From Botryllus schlosseri (taxonomy: Eukaryota), in contig CM119372.1 of assembly GCA_051294905.1 (NCBI GenBank), positions 1,178,001 to 1,242,000 on the forward strand: 64,000 nucleotides of DNA, in the 5' to 3' direction. Below, one piece after another: positions 1-11,667 of the stretch; the stretch's first letter is position 1, and each line of letters opens with the position of its first letter. Below the pieces are notes generated by a model. The model was not told the origin of the DNA and searched no databases. It worked only from the letters and a program-made list of their open reading frames with translations. Both the position numbers and the translations under genes were made by a program.

Positions 1-1033
1 CAGCGATTGTGATTAATGAGTGACATTGCGAAACTGAATGACATCAAATGTTCGCATTCCGGAAACATGTTCGTGCGTGCAAGCGTAATTGATTTCCGCT
101 GATACTAAATTCGAAAAAAATCGAAACCACCTCGTTTTATTTTAAACACCCTCCTTATTTTTCGGCTGGCTACGGGCATGATCATGTGAATTTCTCGTGG
201 AGAAATTAGAGCGAGCTATCATCAGGATCGAAGCGCTGCTTACTATATTCAGCCTTGCTTAGCCTACTATAGTTCAGCCCATTTTGTGGAAGCAGAAAGA
301 GCATTTAATACGTGTGGACTCTTTGTTACAAAACTCCGGTCCCGGTTACAGGATGCCAGAATTGATGCGGTGTGCTTTATAAGGAGGGAGCTGCAATTAC
401 ACCGTGTAATGATTTTGCGATACATTTTTCATGCGAAACTCGTGAAATCGATTATCTCACTTAGGATTCACTATCCGGTTAACCGGTTAGCTAAATTTCA
501 AATATACGGATATATCCGTTATCCGGATAGTGAAAATTATTGATATCCGAACTAACCTATCGATAATTTTCCCTCCAAAATTGTGGTTGTTGCATATCAC
601 AATAGCATGAATGATGTTGCTAGTTCACATATGCAGGCGCGTAGCCAGCCGAAAAATAAGGAGACGGTTTTGGAATGAAAGGGAAGGGTTTCGACTTAAC
701 TATTAAAGTATCAATTCGTTAGGGTTAAGTACATGCGAGAATGACGATCATAGAATCTCCTCGTGTGGCTTGATCACGACTTCACAAATATGTCATTTCC
801 AGTAACACGAGTGACTCTGTACTACATATTTCGTATGCTGAGATAGTAACAACCGAGGTTTCTAGGCTCCGCAGTGGAAAATGATATCGAAATTGAATTT
901 TCGTTGAGAAACGAACTCCAGTGGCAAGAAGCATGTAATTTCAGCGCTCGAAAGAATCGTGACTCGCTACTGGAATCATTAGATTGACACTAGATTCAGA
1001 TTCGAATCATGTTTTCCAACTGTACTTGTGGTG

Positions 1034-1099
1034 TTCACGTGATGACGTCTCACCGCCCCAGTCTGATGTTGAATGACTGATTCGGTTTGACTGATGGAC
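1034..1099 (+). ncRNA. SNORD31: Box C/D snoRNA, SNORD31/U31 (snR67)-type, copy 1
   Basis: Box C GTGATGA 1039-1045, guide CACCGCCCCAGT plus D' CTGA 1063-1066, D box CTGA 1091-1094, short terminal stem. The guide is antisense to the LSU rRNA P-loop ACUGGGGCGG. It ends about 76 nt before the 3' splice site at 1175. Confidence 0.85.
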
Positions 1100-1175
1100 C
1101 CGTGTCAAAGTGTATTTGTCCCTCAAATATGATTGTCAGCTCTTGCTTGATTTTGACGATGTGACATTTTCCCAG

Positions 1176-1262
1176 CGAAACGGATGTACGAGATTGCCGG
1201 CTGCAAATGTGAAGTGAAGAAAGCGCTATCGCGAGCCGAGATGGATAAAGCCAGGGCGGACG
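1176..1262 (+). CDS. HNRNPA1-like: hnRNP A/B family (A1/A2B1/A3-like) exon, end of RRM2
   Basis: cccag|...|gtacgt, phase 1-1. Encodes KRMYEIAGCKCEVKKALSRAEMDKARAD, compare hnRNP A1 HNCEVRKALSKQEM. The upstream exons lie outside the window. Confidence 0.88.
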
Positions 1263-1298
1263 GTACGTGGGTTTGCGTTGTAATGCGGCAATTAAATC

Positions 1299-1362
1299 TT
1301 CGTGTGATGACGCTTTACCGCCCCGGTCTGATCGCGGTGACTGATTTGGTTCTGCTGATGAA
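1299..1362 (+). ncRNA. SNORD31: Box C/D snoRNA, SNORD31/U31-type, copy 2
   Basis: Box C GTGATGA 1304-1310, guide TACCGCCCCGGT plus CTGA 1328-1331, D box CTGA 1355-1358. Confidence 0.8.
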
Positions 1363-1896
1363 AAAAATTGCCTCGGCCGTGTGCTTGTGACTTTTGGTTT
1401 CAAATGTGACTTCCTTGTAAGAAAGGGGTCTTCCTATCAAACTCGAGCAGGGGTTTCCAACCTTTTCAAAATTCATTTGCAACTTTTGAAAAGTTGATGG
1501 CTTGCATTTTTTCAACTATTAGCAAAAATTGAAAAACGTTTTCGTAATTGGAACACTGGTTTATATCGTAATCGATTATTTAGTGATGAAATGATATGAA
1601 CACAACACACGATAAACGTGATAGTGCATAGATTACTTGTTGCATATTTAGTTATTGTGATGGCTGAGCTTGTTGACAATGTCTATCGTAAACTCGTGAT
1701 CAAGTATCCTGTTACTGTACTGGTATTTTTATTGATCATTTTAATTGCTTTCTTTCATTGTAGCGGAGTGGACTTCATGATATTGATTTTTTTTCATTGC
1801 TCCTTAGGTTGGTGACCCCTGAACTAGAGGAATTTTAATGCCTCCTTTCCTACATGAGAGTGAATGATAAATTTAAGACGTGTTTTGGCTTTGCAG

Positions 1897-1959
1897 CTGA
1901 AAGTAAAGCTACCAGAAGTGACGGATTCGGCGGTGGTGGTGGTGGCGGCGGCGGTAGAG
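1897..1959 (+). CDS. HNRNPA1-like: hnRNP A/B exon, start of Gly-rich domain
   Basis: ttgcag|...|gtaaat, phase 1-1, AESKATRSDGFGGGGGGGGR. Confidence 0.8.
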
Positions 1960-2079
1960 GTAAATCTTTTGTGTGTATCTACTCTGTAGGTGGGGTAGGC
2001 TTATTCTGAAAAATGTACACATATTTTTATACTCTCATCTAATTGCCAGCAAGTAATTTCCATTTACTTTTTTTGGCAG

Positions 2080-2106
2080 GTTATGGCGGCTACGGTTTTG
2101 GCATGG
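2080..2106 (+). CDS. HNRNPA1-like: Candidate 27-nt hnRNP A/B micro-exon, copy A
   Basis: ttttttggcag|GT TAT GGC GGC TAC GGT TTT GGC ATG G|gtaggt. Frame-preserving, GYGGYGFGM. Confidence 0.55.
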
Positions 2107-2558
2107 GTAGGTCACGAGGGTAATGTGGTTTAACTTGATTTGCGATAATTCTATTACTAAATATATCGATAGTAGTGTGTGTGTGTGTGTGATGGTAGAA
2201 TCCAGGAGTGTGCAACGTTTATTCCGCAGTGACAAGATTTTAAATTTTGTCTGTTTTTTAGCTGACAGGGTAATAAATGGCTCAAAGCACTGAAATATGC
2301 ATACGCTTCCTTTTCGCTTGAATTTCGTGACAAAATTTGTTGAATAACCCGAGAACAATACTTGCCTCTAGTTTTTCGTGATTGTTTTGTGTAGTCCGAA
2401 TGCATTAGCGGGTCTTTTTTTCTGTCAACGTTACCAACTCTTGGCGAATCGATGGACCTTGCCAATGCTGCTAGAAAGCAGCCTTGGACAACTGGATAAT
2501 TGCAGCCGTCTAATTGAAGTCAAATTTTGTTGATCTCAGTGATTCTAGTTTCGATCTG

Positions 2559-2889
2559 CAGGGTTGTAAACAGGTCACAAGTCAATTCAGCTTTTATAGT
2601 TTTGAGTCAAGTCACTTTCAATTCAGCACCGAGTCATAGCGTTTTGACTTAAGTCCAAGTCATATGTTCAGTTTTAAGCTAAACCCACTCTTTTGATATG
2701 GAATGGCTCGCATTCCTAATATATTAATTTCCCTCTGCCTTGATAGTTTCTGGTCCTATTTTACAAGTATCAGGACTGATGGACGAAATACCAATGTTGC
2801 AATGCAATGTTTGTCTCGGCCCTCCCAGTCTCGAGTCATACGACTTATCTCGAGTCATCCACAAGTACAAGTCGAGTCATTACAACCCC
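2559..2889. mobile_element. MITE (CAGGGTTGTAA termini, GACTCGAG-rich)
   Basis: Short TIRs. Related copies at 7876-8266 and about 25040-25447. Confidence 0.6.
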
Positions 2890-3090
2890 GTCGATCTGGC
2901 AATTTTCCAGCTGCATCTGCTAGTAACTGCAGTTTTGCAGTGTTATTTCAAAACTGACCGCTCGCCACAAACGTTGTGCATTCCTGGTGTAAACTGGTAA
3001 CTAGGACCGGCTTTCTGACAATGCTGATATTTGGGCTGTGTTTGCCTGCAAGTGCTTGATTCAGATCGAGGGTGACCTTTTCCGTTGCAG

Positions 3091-3165
3091 GCCGAGGAGG
3101 TGGGGGCGGTTATGGCAGGGGACAGAATGGGTACGACAGTTACGGAGGATACGGTGGCGGCCGAG
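3091..3165 (+). CDS. HNRNPA1-like: hnRNP A/B exon (RGG/Gly-rich)
   Basis: ttgcag| GRGGGGGYGRGQNGYDSYGGYGGGR |gttgga, phase 1-1. Confidence 0.8.
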
Positions 3166-3237
3166 GTTGGACCGTGTTGAATCCTGACCCTGTAATGATA
3201 CGTGATGTAAGCTGATAACTGCTTGTAATTTGTTCAG

Positions 3238-3312
3238 GCGGTGGCCGTGGCGGAGGCTATGGCGACGGAGGTGGGTATGGAGGCCAGGGCTATGGTGCCT
3301 ACGAAAGTGAAG
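3238..3312 (+). CDS. HNRNPA1-like: hnRNP A/B exon (Gly-rich)
   Basis: ttcag| GGGRGGGYGDGGGYGGQGYGAYESE |gtgagc, phase 1-1. Confidence 0.85.
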
Positions 3313-3771
3313 GTGAGCGAGCCTTGGTATACTTATTAGCTTCTTCCAGACTAGACAAAAGACTGGATTTTTAAAATGCGTGTCTAGAGCTACTCACTTT
3401 TTGAAACTCAACAGGACTAGAACTACTTTTCAAAACTAGAAACTAGATTTGACGACCTTCGAAATTCGCAACTAACTGAAACAACTAAGTAATATCTGGA
3501 TTGCAAATTAGCCAAGTAATATCGCATCTGCATTTCGAAGCGACGGGGTTTCGTGTTTATTAAGGGCGGGTTTTCGAACCCCCAAACCCACCACCCGCTG
3601 TTGACTCGAGCCGCAAGAACATTGGTGGCACGGTTCTTGTCTAATGACGACTCATGGTTTTTTGTGTGTCTACTACGTGGGTGGGGGTAGGCTGATTCTG
3701 AAAAATGTACACAGATCCTAATGCTCTTATCTAGTTGCCAGCAAGTAATTTCCGTTTACTTTTTTTGGCAG

Positions 3772-3798
3772 GTTATGGCGACCCCGGTTTTGGCATGG
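3772..3798 (+). CDS. HNRNPA1-like: Candidate 27-nt hnRNP A/B micro-exon, copy B
   Basis: Paralogue of 2080-2106 inside a duplicated block. GYGDPGFGM, both splice sites intact. Confidence 0.45.
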
Positions 3799-4369
3799 GT
3801 AGGTCATGAGGGTAATGTGGTTTAATCTGTATTGCGATAATTCTATTACTCAATTTATCAGTAGTAGTGTGTGTCATGGTAGAATCAAGGGGTGTGCAAC
3901 GTTTATTCCGCAGTGACGAGATTTTAAATAGGATCTGTAATTTAGCTGATACGTCTGAGCTGAAAAAGGGTAATGAATGGGTCTAAGCACTGAAATATGT
4001 TTGCCCTTCCTTTTCGCATGAATCTTGTGACAAAATTGTGGAATGGATGAATATCGCAGATGCCATCGTCATTTCCATGTGACAGGGTTTCAAGTTTAAG
4101 AAGGGAGGTTTCTGACCCCTGAAACCCACCCTCTAGTGACTCCAAGCTGCACGAACATTGGCGTCACGATTCATGTCTAATGACGACACATGTTTTCTAG
4201 TTGATCGGCAACTGAATTTAGTCAAGTACACAATTAGAACTACTGACTTTTCGACTGCAGCTGAAATTATCTGCGACAAAAGTATAACTGCTCGAAAAAC
4301 GCCAACTAGCTAGATTGATAGTTACTACGAGTCTACGTTCTTCCCCAACTGAATGCCGTTTCTGTTTAG

Positions 4370-4441
4370 GGTTTGGAGGAAGCAGATATGCAGGATATGA
4401 TGGATACGAATCTGGTGGCAGAGGGGGAGGAGGCTATGGCG
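4370..4441 (+). CDS. HNRNPA1-like: hnRNP A/B exon (Gly-rich)
   Basis: tttag| GFGGSRYAGYDGYESGGRGGGGYG |gtgagt, phase 1-1. Confidence 0.85.
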
Positions 4442-4482
4442 GTGAGTGCTGGGCTAAAGAGTATCGGTGCTGCAACTTGATC

Positions 4483-4545
4483 TTCATATGATGAGCAGCT
4501 ACCGCCCCAGTCTGATTTCTGTGACTGATTCGGTGTTCTGATGAA
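4483..4545 (+). ncRNA. SNORD31: Box C/D snoRNA, SNORD31/U31-type, copy 3
   Basis: Box C ATGATGA 4488-4494, guide TACCGCCCCAGT plus CTGA 4512-4515, D box CTGA 4538-4541, ttca/tgaa stem. Confidence 0.85.
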
Positions 4546-4945
4546 TAATCCTGTGTCTGTTCGCTTGTCTGGATGATGAGTACATGACACTATCATAATA
4601 TCCATTACCCAGGATGTATAGTAAAAGGCCTTAATCATAAGCGCCAGTGGCCATTCTAGGTATTGACCATTTGAATAGGGACGGGCACAGTGAACAACTA
4701 ATTATTACAGTTCAAGTTATTGAATCCGGAATTGTGTATTAGGCTTGAGTTGGGCGAGTATCCCTTATGTGTATGGATGGTGTGGAAAATTGGAATATGT
4801 ACCTTTTATGCGACCAGAAATAGAAATGAATGCCGGTTCTACGCCAAACAATGGTGTTTTGGTAATCTTTTTACCATGCCTACCTCGTTGTACTTGGTGA
4901 CAATGCTACGGGTCGATCAGGACTACGCAGATGTGTCCTTTGTAC

Positions 4946-7539
4946 TAGGGTGGAGTGAAAAATGAAAATTTTTGAATTTCAAAAAAGGGTCTTGATATGT
5001 GGTGCCAAATAGTAAACAAATAAATTCTATCATAATTTTGGGTTCGTACACCCTCTAGTGGTCGTGCAATTTCACCCAACGAGCCAAAAACAGCTAATTT
5101 CGCCATATCTTGATCATCACTTACACTAGAAAGTCAGTTTTGGGCTTAAAAGATGCAGAAGCAACATGTTTCTATCTCACTTCCACAGAACTTACTCCTA
5201 AAAATGAACAGATAAAAAGTTATAAGCAAATTTCTGATTTTATAGGTAAAATAAAACACCGAAGCAGTGGGTAGGATGTCAAAAGCGTGTAGTGATTGAT
5301 CTTATGACTGAGCAACATACCCTATCAATAAGAACTACTTTTCAAAACTTTCTCAAACAAATGAAAGCCCCTCCAAGCATAAATAGGGCTCGGGCATCGA
5401 ATAGAGACTGCTAAAACTATTTGAAACAGCGTCTATTGGTAGTGCGGCATCACGATATCGGTAAGTTTATAACAACGGCCCTCATGAGATTTCTTACCAA
5501 AATGCTGACGTAGGGTTTGTATTATATTTGTCGGAAAGCTCCTGAATGAAAGCGCAAAAATTGAAAGTATACATTCAAAACACAAACATCAATTCGGTAC
5601 TGGAAACATAAAATTTTTGTAGCAGTATCACATGAGTGTCAGTGTGCACAAACAATAAAGTCATGTTTAGTATTGAAAGATTTCATCTGCTTTCAAGACT
5701 TCAGTTTGTCTGATGAGGCCTACGTCTACGTTTAAATCCTGAAACATTGAGCAGATGCTTAATTGCTTATGTCACCACTGTTACATGTCTTTCCACTGCC
5801 TGGTGGTGGCAAGGATAACTGAGCCTTAATGGTGATGATCATAAGTTTCCCAGCTCGTGATCAGACAAGGTCGTGATTGGGAAGCAGGCGGTTCAATATT
5901 TTTGAGGTTTAAGTTGACAATTTGGCGGAAAGATTAAGCCTTGATGTTGATAACTGGAATTTGGAAGAATCTGATGCTGGTGTGAATGTTGCTGCTTTAG
6001 GATTTGGTTTCATTTATATATTCACCTTCAAAGTCGTCAATTGGAACCATATCTGCAATATTTCGAGGCTGGGCCCCTCGTTCATTCAGTATGGTTAACT
6101 CTCGCATCTCAAATTTCAAAGTACTACGTGGGACAGAGTCGTCCATCGAGAAATCTGAATTGTCTTGCTCAATTCTGCATGGAGGTCTATTTTCCGTCAT
6201 GGTTTGAAATAAAAATGCACAATTCCATTGTAGACGGTGCTAAAAATTTCCACAATATAGTTTCCCGCGTCACAAAGCTAATTGATACCCGAATTCACTC
6301 CCTTGCACTATCTTTGCTAGGAAGAAATGCTCATTTTGAACCCCCAGAAAATATTTTGCTGGAAATGCTTTGGTGACGAGGAGGGAAACGTCTGAAGATT
6401 TACAGTTAACAAGATTACAGCTATGCGCAGAACAACCACACCATACCAAATTCCAATTATGAATTCGAAGGAAGATATATAAATGACACCGAACCTAAAA
6501 ACAGCGACATTGAGCATCAGTTTCTTCCAAATTCCAGTTATCAACATCAAGGCTTAATCTTTCCACCAAATTGTCAACTTAAACCACCAAGATATTGAAC
6601 AGCCGCCTGCAATCAAGACCTTGTGAGATGTCGACGTGGAAAACCTAAGATCATCACCATTAAGGCTCAGTCATCCTTGCCACAACCAGGCAGTGGAAAG
6701 ACATTAAAACGTGGCTACAGAAGCATCTACCCATGTTTCAGGATCTAAACGTATAGAGATAGCCTCATCAGACAAAAACTGAAGTCTTGAAAGCAGATGA
6801 AATCTTTCAATACTAAACATGATTTTAATGTTTGTGCACACTGATACTCATATGATACTGCTACAAAAATGGTCTGTTTCCAGTATAGAATTAATGTTTG
6901 TGTTTTGAATGTGTATTTTCAATTTTTGTGCTTTCATCCAGGAGCTTTGTGACAAATATGATACAAACCCTACGTCAGCATTTTGGTAAGAAATCTCATG
7001 AGGGCCGTTGTTATAAACTTACCGATATCGTGACGCTGCACTACCAATGGACGGTGTTTTAAATACAGTTTTAGCAGTTTCTATTCGATGCCCGAGCCCT
7101 ATTTTTGCTTGGAGGGGGTTTCAACTGTTTGAGCAAGTCTTGAAAAGTGGTTCTAATTGATAGGGTATGTGGCTCAGTCATAAGATCAATCACCACACGC
7201 TTTTGACATCCTACCCACTGCTTCAGTGCTTAATTTTACCTATAAAATCAGAAATTTGCTTGTAACTTTTTTTCTGTTCATTTTTAAGAGTAAGTTCTAT
7301 GGAAGTGAGATAGAAACATGTTGCTTCTGCATTTTTTAAGCCCAAAACTGACTGTCTAGTGTAAGTGATGATCAAGATATGGCGAAATTAGCTGTTTTTA
7401 TCTCGTTCGGTGAAATTGCACGACCACTAGAGGGTGTACGAACCCAAAATTATGATAGAATTTATTTGTTTACTATTTGGCACCACATATCAAGACCCTT
7501 TTTTGAAATTCAAAAATTTTCATTTTTCACTCCACCCTA
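4946..7539. mobile_element. Foldback hAT-type (hATm-like) element with ~1.08-kb inverted arms and a decayed transposase C-terminus
   Basis: TAGGGTGG...CCACCCTA termini, 8-bp TSD CTTTGTAC (4938-4945 and 7540-7547). Arms about 4946-6031 and 6464-7539. Transposase remnants VYFPSWFEIK...RNAHFEPPENILL and HPCHNQAVERH...FNTKHDF. Confidence 0.9.
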
Positions 7540-7639
7540 CTTTGTACCACATATTTTAGATATGCCTAGCCTTTTAGTGATAAGTCCTGCAAGAACTGCC
7601 GTTTCTTTCTGTATAATTTATACTGTTATGCAATGATAG

Positions 7640-7792
7640 GTTATGGCGGTGGCCGAAGCGACTATGGTGGTTACGGCTCTGGATGGGGCGGCTCCCCCGC
7701 AGGCAGGGGAGGAGGTGGATACGGAGGCGGCTCTAGTTACGGACCGGTCCGAGGCGGAAGTTATTCTCAAAGATCTTCGGGGCCTTACGGAG
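7640..7792 (+). CDS. HNRNPA1-like: hnRNP A/B exon containing the M9/PY-NLS
   Basis: [21 protein letters not shown] resembles the hnRNP A1 M9 [21 protein letters not shown]; ag|...|gtgact, phase 1-1. Confidence 0.9.
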
Positions 7793-7875
7793 GTGACTAT
7801 GGTGATATTTATCGCACTACCCTTGGGCAGGAATAGTCGACTGGAAAATTTCTGTTTTCCAAGTTGAATTATAAC

Positions 7876-8266
7876 AGGGTTGTAATGACTCGACTCGAGT
7901 CGCGATTTTCTGATGACTCGAGACTTTAGACCAATTTAGAAGAATAGTTCACTAACCACACTATTGGTATTTCGTCTATTGGTACTGGTATTTGAAAATG
8001 CGACCAGAAACTGCTAAACAGTGAGGAAGATTAGTATAAGTATATTATGAATGTGAACCATTCGATGTCACCAAGCAGAGTTATAGAAGGTTGGTTTAAC
8101 AAGACTTTAACTGGAAACTGAGCAGTCAACAGATTGACCTGGACTCGACTCTGCTTGCTGACTTGGACTCAGTGGTGAATTGAAAATGACTCGACCTGGT
8201 TCGAGTCAAAACTGTAAAAGTGAGATTGACTTGTGACTCGGAGTCGTGTGACTTGGTTACAACCTT
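7876..8266. mobile_element. MITE (CAGGGTTGTAA family)
   Basis: TIRs, near-identical flanks aattataa/gattataa, homologous to 2559-2889 in reverse orientation. Confidence 0.6.
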
Positions 8267-8449
8267 GGATTATAATTAGAAATGACCAAATTATATTTAA
8301 ATTGTCTGGTTAGTCATTCTGATTTGGAGCGGCTGGAAATTTTCTAGTCTGATTCTGCCCCGCTGCGGCTGTTATTTTTAATCACGTGCGCTTCGTTTTT
8401 GCGTTTTCCTGCTATGAATGTACGTTATCATCAGTTTATCATTCTGCAG

Positions 8450-8553
8450 GCGGGTATGGCTCTAGTGGGGCGCAAGGATACGGGGGTGGCGGCTACGGAA
8501 ACGGGCAAAGCTACGGCAATGGAGGTGGCAATTATGGCGGTGGCCGATATTAA
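8450..8553 (+). CDS. HNRNPA1-like: hnRNP A/B last coding exon (...GGGNYGGGRY*)
   Basis: ctgcag| phase 1, TAA at 8551-8553. The exon runs on to the donor AAG|gtaaga at 8590, giving a 3'-UTR intron. Confidence 0.88.
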
Positions 8554-9033
8554 TTTTTCCGATCAATCATTTTACCAGCGCCAAAGCAAGGTAAGAATCG
8601 ACTTGTGTGCCTTTTGTCCGCAGCATCGACTCACCCTCGCTTGTGTGGGTATACTTATCTGGAAATTTCCGATGGATGGGTACCTGATCTATTATGAATT
8701 TATGATTCCTGTCAAGATCCCATGCGTAATCAAGCGTCTTTGCTCAACTTGAGTGGTGGTAATGCAGAGGTTGTCAGTAAAGAAGCACTTCTTTTTGCTT
8801 GCACCACTTTTTCAAAGGGTTTTGTTTTAGATAGCTTCTACTTTGACAAAATGGATTTTGAGCATAAAAAGCATGTGAAACAGTCCCTCTGTCATCGGTC
8901 ATTTAGCATTAGTCGCATACATCACGAAATTTTTAAAGTATCTGATCTTCGATTAAATCTGCATTCGAAACTACTCGAGTAGTTTTCATTACTTCGATCA
9001 TTTACATCCATTAAGATAGTTTTTACATGCATG

Positions 9034-10201
9034 CATAGGCGCCGAACCTGGGCATGCAAGGCATGCCAGGCATGCCTAGACATTTTTTTAGGCATGCGGC
9101 ATGCCTAGAATTCGGTTCGGCATGAATCGGCATAATCCCCGATTGTGTTATTTAGAACGAATCGCAATGTATTTCCGTTTACGACATTACCTGCTACCGC
9201 TTATGTGAGCGAGGTAACCCATTGCGCGCGGCCAATTAGCTACAAGCGCGTTGCCAATTAACGAGATATGTCTGTGCACAATGTAACGCGACACGATCTC
9301 CCGCTGAGATGATCGCGAAATTGTGTCATTGATTGCCGTGCGTTCGGCAATCATCGCTTGGGACGCTTGCCTGCTTTATCGCGTCTCCTACAAGCCTAGT
9401 TTCACTCGCTTGAGCATGATGAACAATCACATCAGCAGTAGGCCCGGTGCCATCGCTGCCTGCACATTCGCATCTGCATTGGCGCACACGATATTATCGC
9501 TTGCCTACACAATCGCATCTGCAACAGGCCTGGTACGAAAGATATCATCGCTGGCTAACTATCGCGTCTAGAGCCGAGCATGCGTTGGCTCCCATCTCTC
9601 GAGCCTAGCATGCGCTAGCTCCAATCTTTCGATGGCTTGGTGACAATGCCGTTAGGTGTTTGTTGGTTAGCGATTGTAATTAAAGAGCGACATCGCTAAC
9701 CTGAATGACATCGAATGTCCGCAGACATGTGCGATTGTGAGTGCGCCGTGCATGCGTAAGTGAATCCCGCTAATACCTAAACATAACCATCAGAAGATGT
9801 GTGTCAACTGTCAAGGCTTGAGTTGTAAAAGACGGGAAAGGTTTGAATAACCTGAAATCGGTGCCATTATAGAACAGATTCCATAACAACTCTGACATTT
9901 TGCCTTGCGCTAATCGTCGCCGAGGTTACGTGAAACGCGTTGATAAGCGGCGTATTTAATTGTTCGCTAGCGATCAGGGACTCGCTAATTGACAGCACTT
10001 CCGGACTCGTTGACAAGCTTATCATACGCGTAAGTTGGTTAACACGCAGATATTGCATAATCGGCATTTATGCAGGCACTTAACCCTCATGAATTGATGC
10101 TGTATTATCCCTAATTATCAATTCCGTCGGATCATGACGTCATTCCTTTGTGACGTCATCGAACTCGCATGCCTAAGGAAAATTAGCGTTCGGCGCCTAT
10201 G
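9034..10201. mobile_element. Non-autonomous TIR element (CATAGGCGCCGAAC termini)
   Basis: 14-bp TIR, 8-bp TSD CATGCATG. An internal segment near 9670-9725 resembles positions 1-56. Confidence 0.8.
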
Positions 10202-10857
10202 CATGCATGTCCTCAAAATTGCTACTTTTAATTGAGTAGAGGCTTACTTCTGCTTCGCTACATATGTCATGTCAACCCCCCCTCTAGCCTTTGTCAAACC
10301 TGCTTATGATGCTTGCTCGTTGCTCAATCGCAGCAGTGGTTTTGTGCCTTAAACTACAGAAACCCACAAAGGTAAGTAATGAGCCGATAAAGTAAGTAGC
10401 ACATTTTGGTTTCCCCCTCACCCTACCGACCATTCTGTGGAGCTTTTATGAGCAAATATGATGGCCATCTCCTGTCTCTAGTGACACCCACAAGCAGACT
10501 TGGACAACTAGATAATTCTAGTCTAATTTGAGAAGTGTTTCAATGCTCTCGTGTTGAATCTAATCTACTTTCTGGTTGTCCTGAAAATGCTACAGGAGAA
10601 CTGTATAACGTGACGGGAGCCAGGCTCGGCAGATGTTTGTCACATCTCATCCTTATGAGAATCGACGCTCTATTTCTTTCTAATACGAAATATGATTTAA
10701 TTTTCGCGTTTTTGCAAAATCGGTCATTGTAATCTACGTTGAAAAATTTGCAATAATTTAATGTGATTCGGAAAAGCTGAAACTTCTAGTTTTCCAAGTC
10801 TGCCCGCAAGTCCTGAACTTACACACCTTGCTATCGTGGTTTTCCTAACTTTTTCAG

Positions 10858-11410
10858 GTAGGGGAAATAGGTGGCTTCGACGTTATCCAGTGTGTTAGGC
10901 TCATTAGCCTAGGCTCCGACACCAGAGCATCATCAACGAGGGTTGCTAGGATGAGAAACGCTAGATAGGCGTTCTGCGACGATCCAAAATTTTATAGGAT
11001 GACCGGCACTCTATGTAGCATCACCTGATGGTCGTAGGAAGATATCCAAGATTCTAGGGTAGGAATCTACTCAACTCAAGGTCCAATACCTAGAATGTCG
11101 TCTGGCATCAGAGGACTGCGCGCAGTGTGGCTGCTTAGGCTTCCAATAAGCCAGGAAATCAGCTGTTCGAGTGTAGATTCGAACTAGAAAGAATGTGGGA
11201 CAAGTTTCGTTCTGAACATACTGATCGTCTTCGGAAATGTTGCAACTTTTTACTTCCCCTGGCTTGCTGTGGGCTGCAGATATTTTTGAACTTGTTGATG
11301 TCTATTGTGAGTCTATTTCATGCCGATTGATGTGGATCGCAGCGTGTGTGTCTCATTTTTTACGTATCTGTTTGAGAGCTCGGAAATAATAAATCCTGGC
11401 TATGCCTTTT
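10858..11410 (+). other. hnRNP A/B terminal 3'-UTR exon with polyA signal
   Basis: Branch-like CTAAC plus ttttttcag acceptor at 10857; AATAAA at 11388-11393; dense TAG/TAGG motifs. Confidence 0.65.
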
Positions 11411-11667
11411 TCCAAAACTCGCATTTTTTTGCTTGTGTCGTCAGTAATGGTGGTGGGTTCAGCAAGATGATTGAATATTCCGGTACTCGGTCAGGTTAGG
11501 GATTTTGAGCATCATTAGCCAAGTGTGGGAATCACGTGCCGCTCGGACTAGTGGCATCTACTCAAAAGTCTTGAAACTTTAATTAGTCTTATGTGAAATT
11601 TTGATCACAATAAGGTCGATAGAAATACAATTTAGCGGTAGCTTGTAATTTATGGATTACTTATACT

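Noticed and set aside
5709..5730. CTGATGAG as another hammerhead core
   Set aside because: No downstream GAAA or stems; it is the antisense of the transposase remnant.
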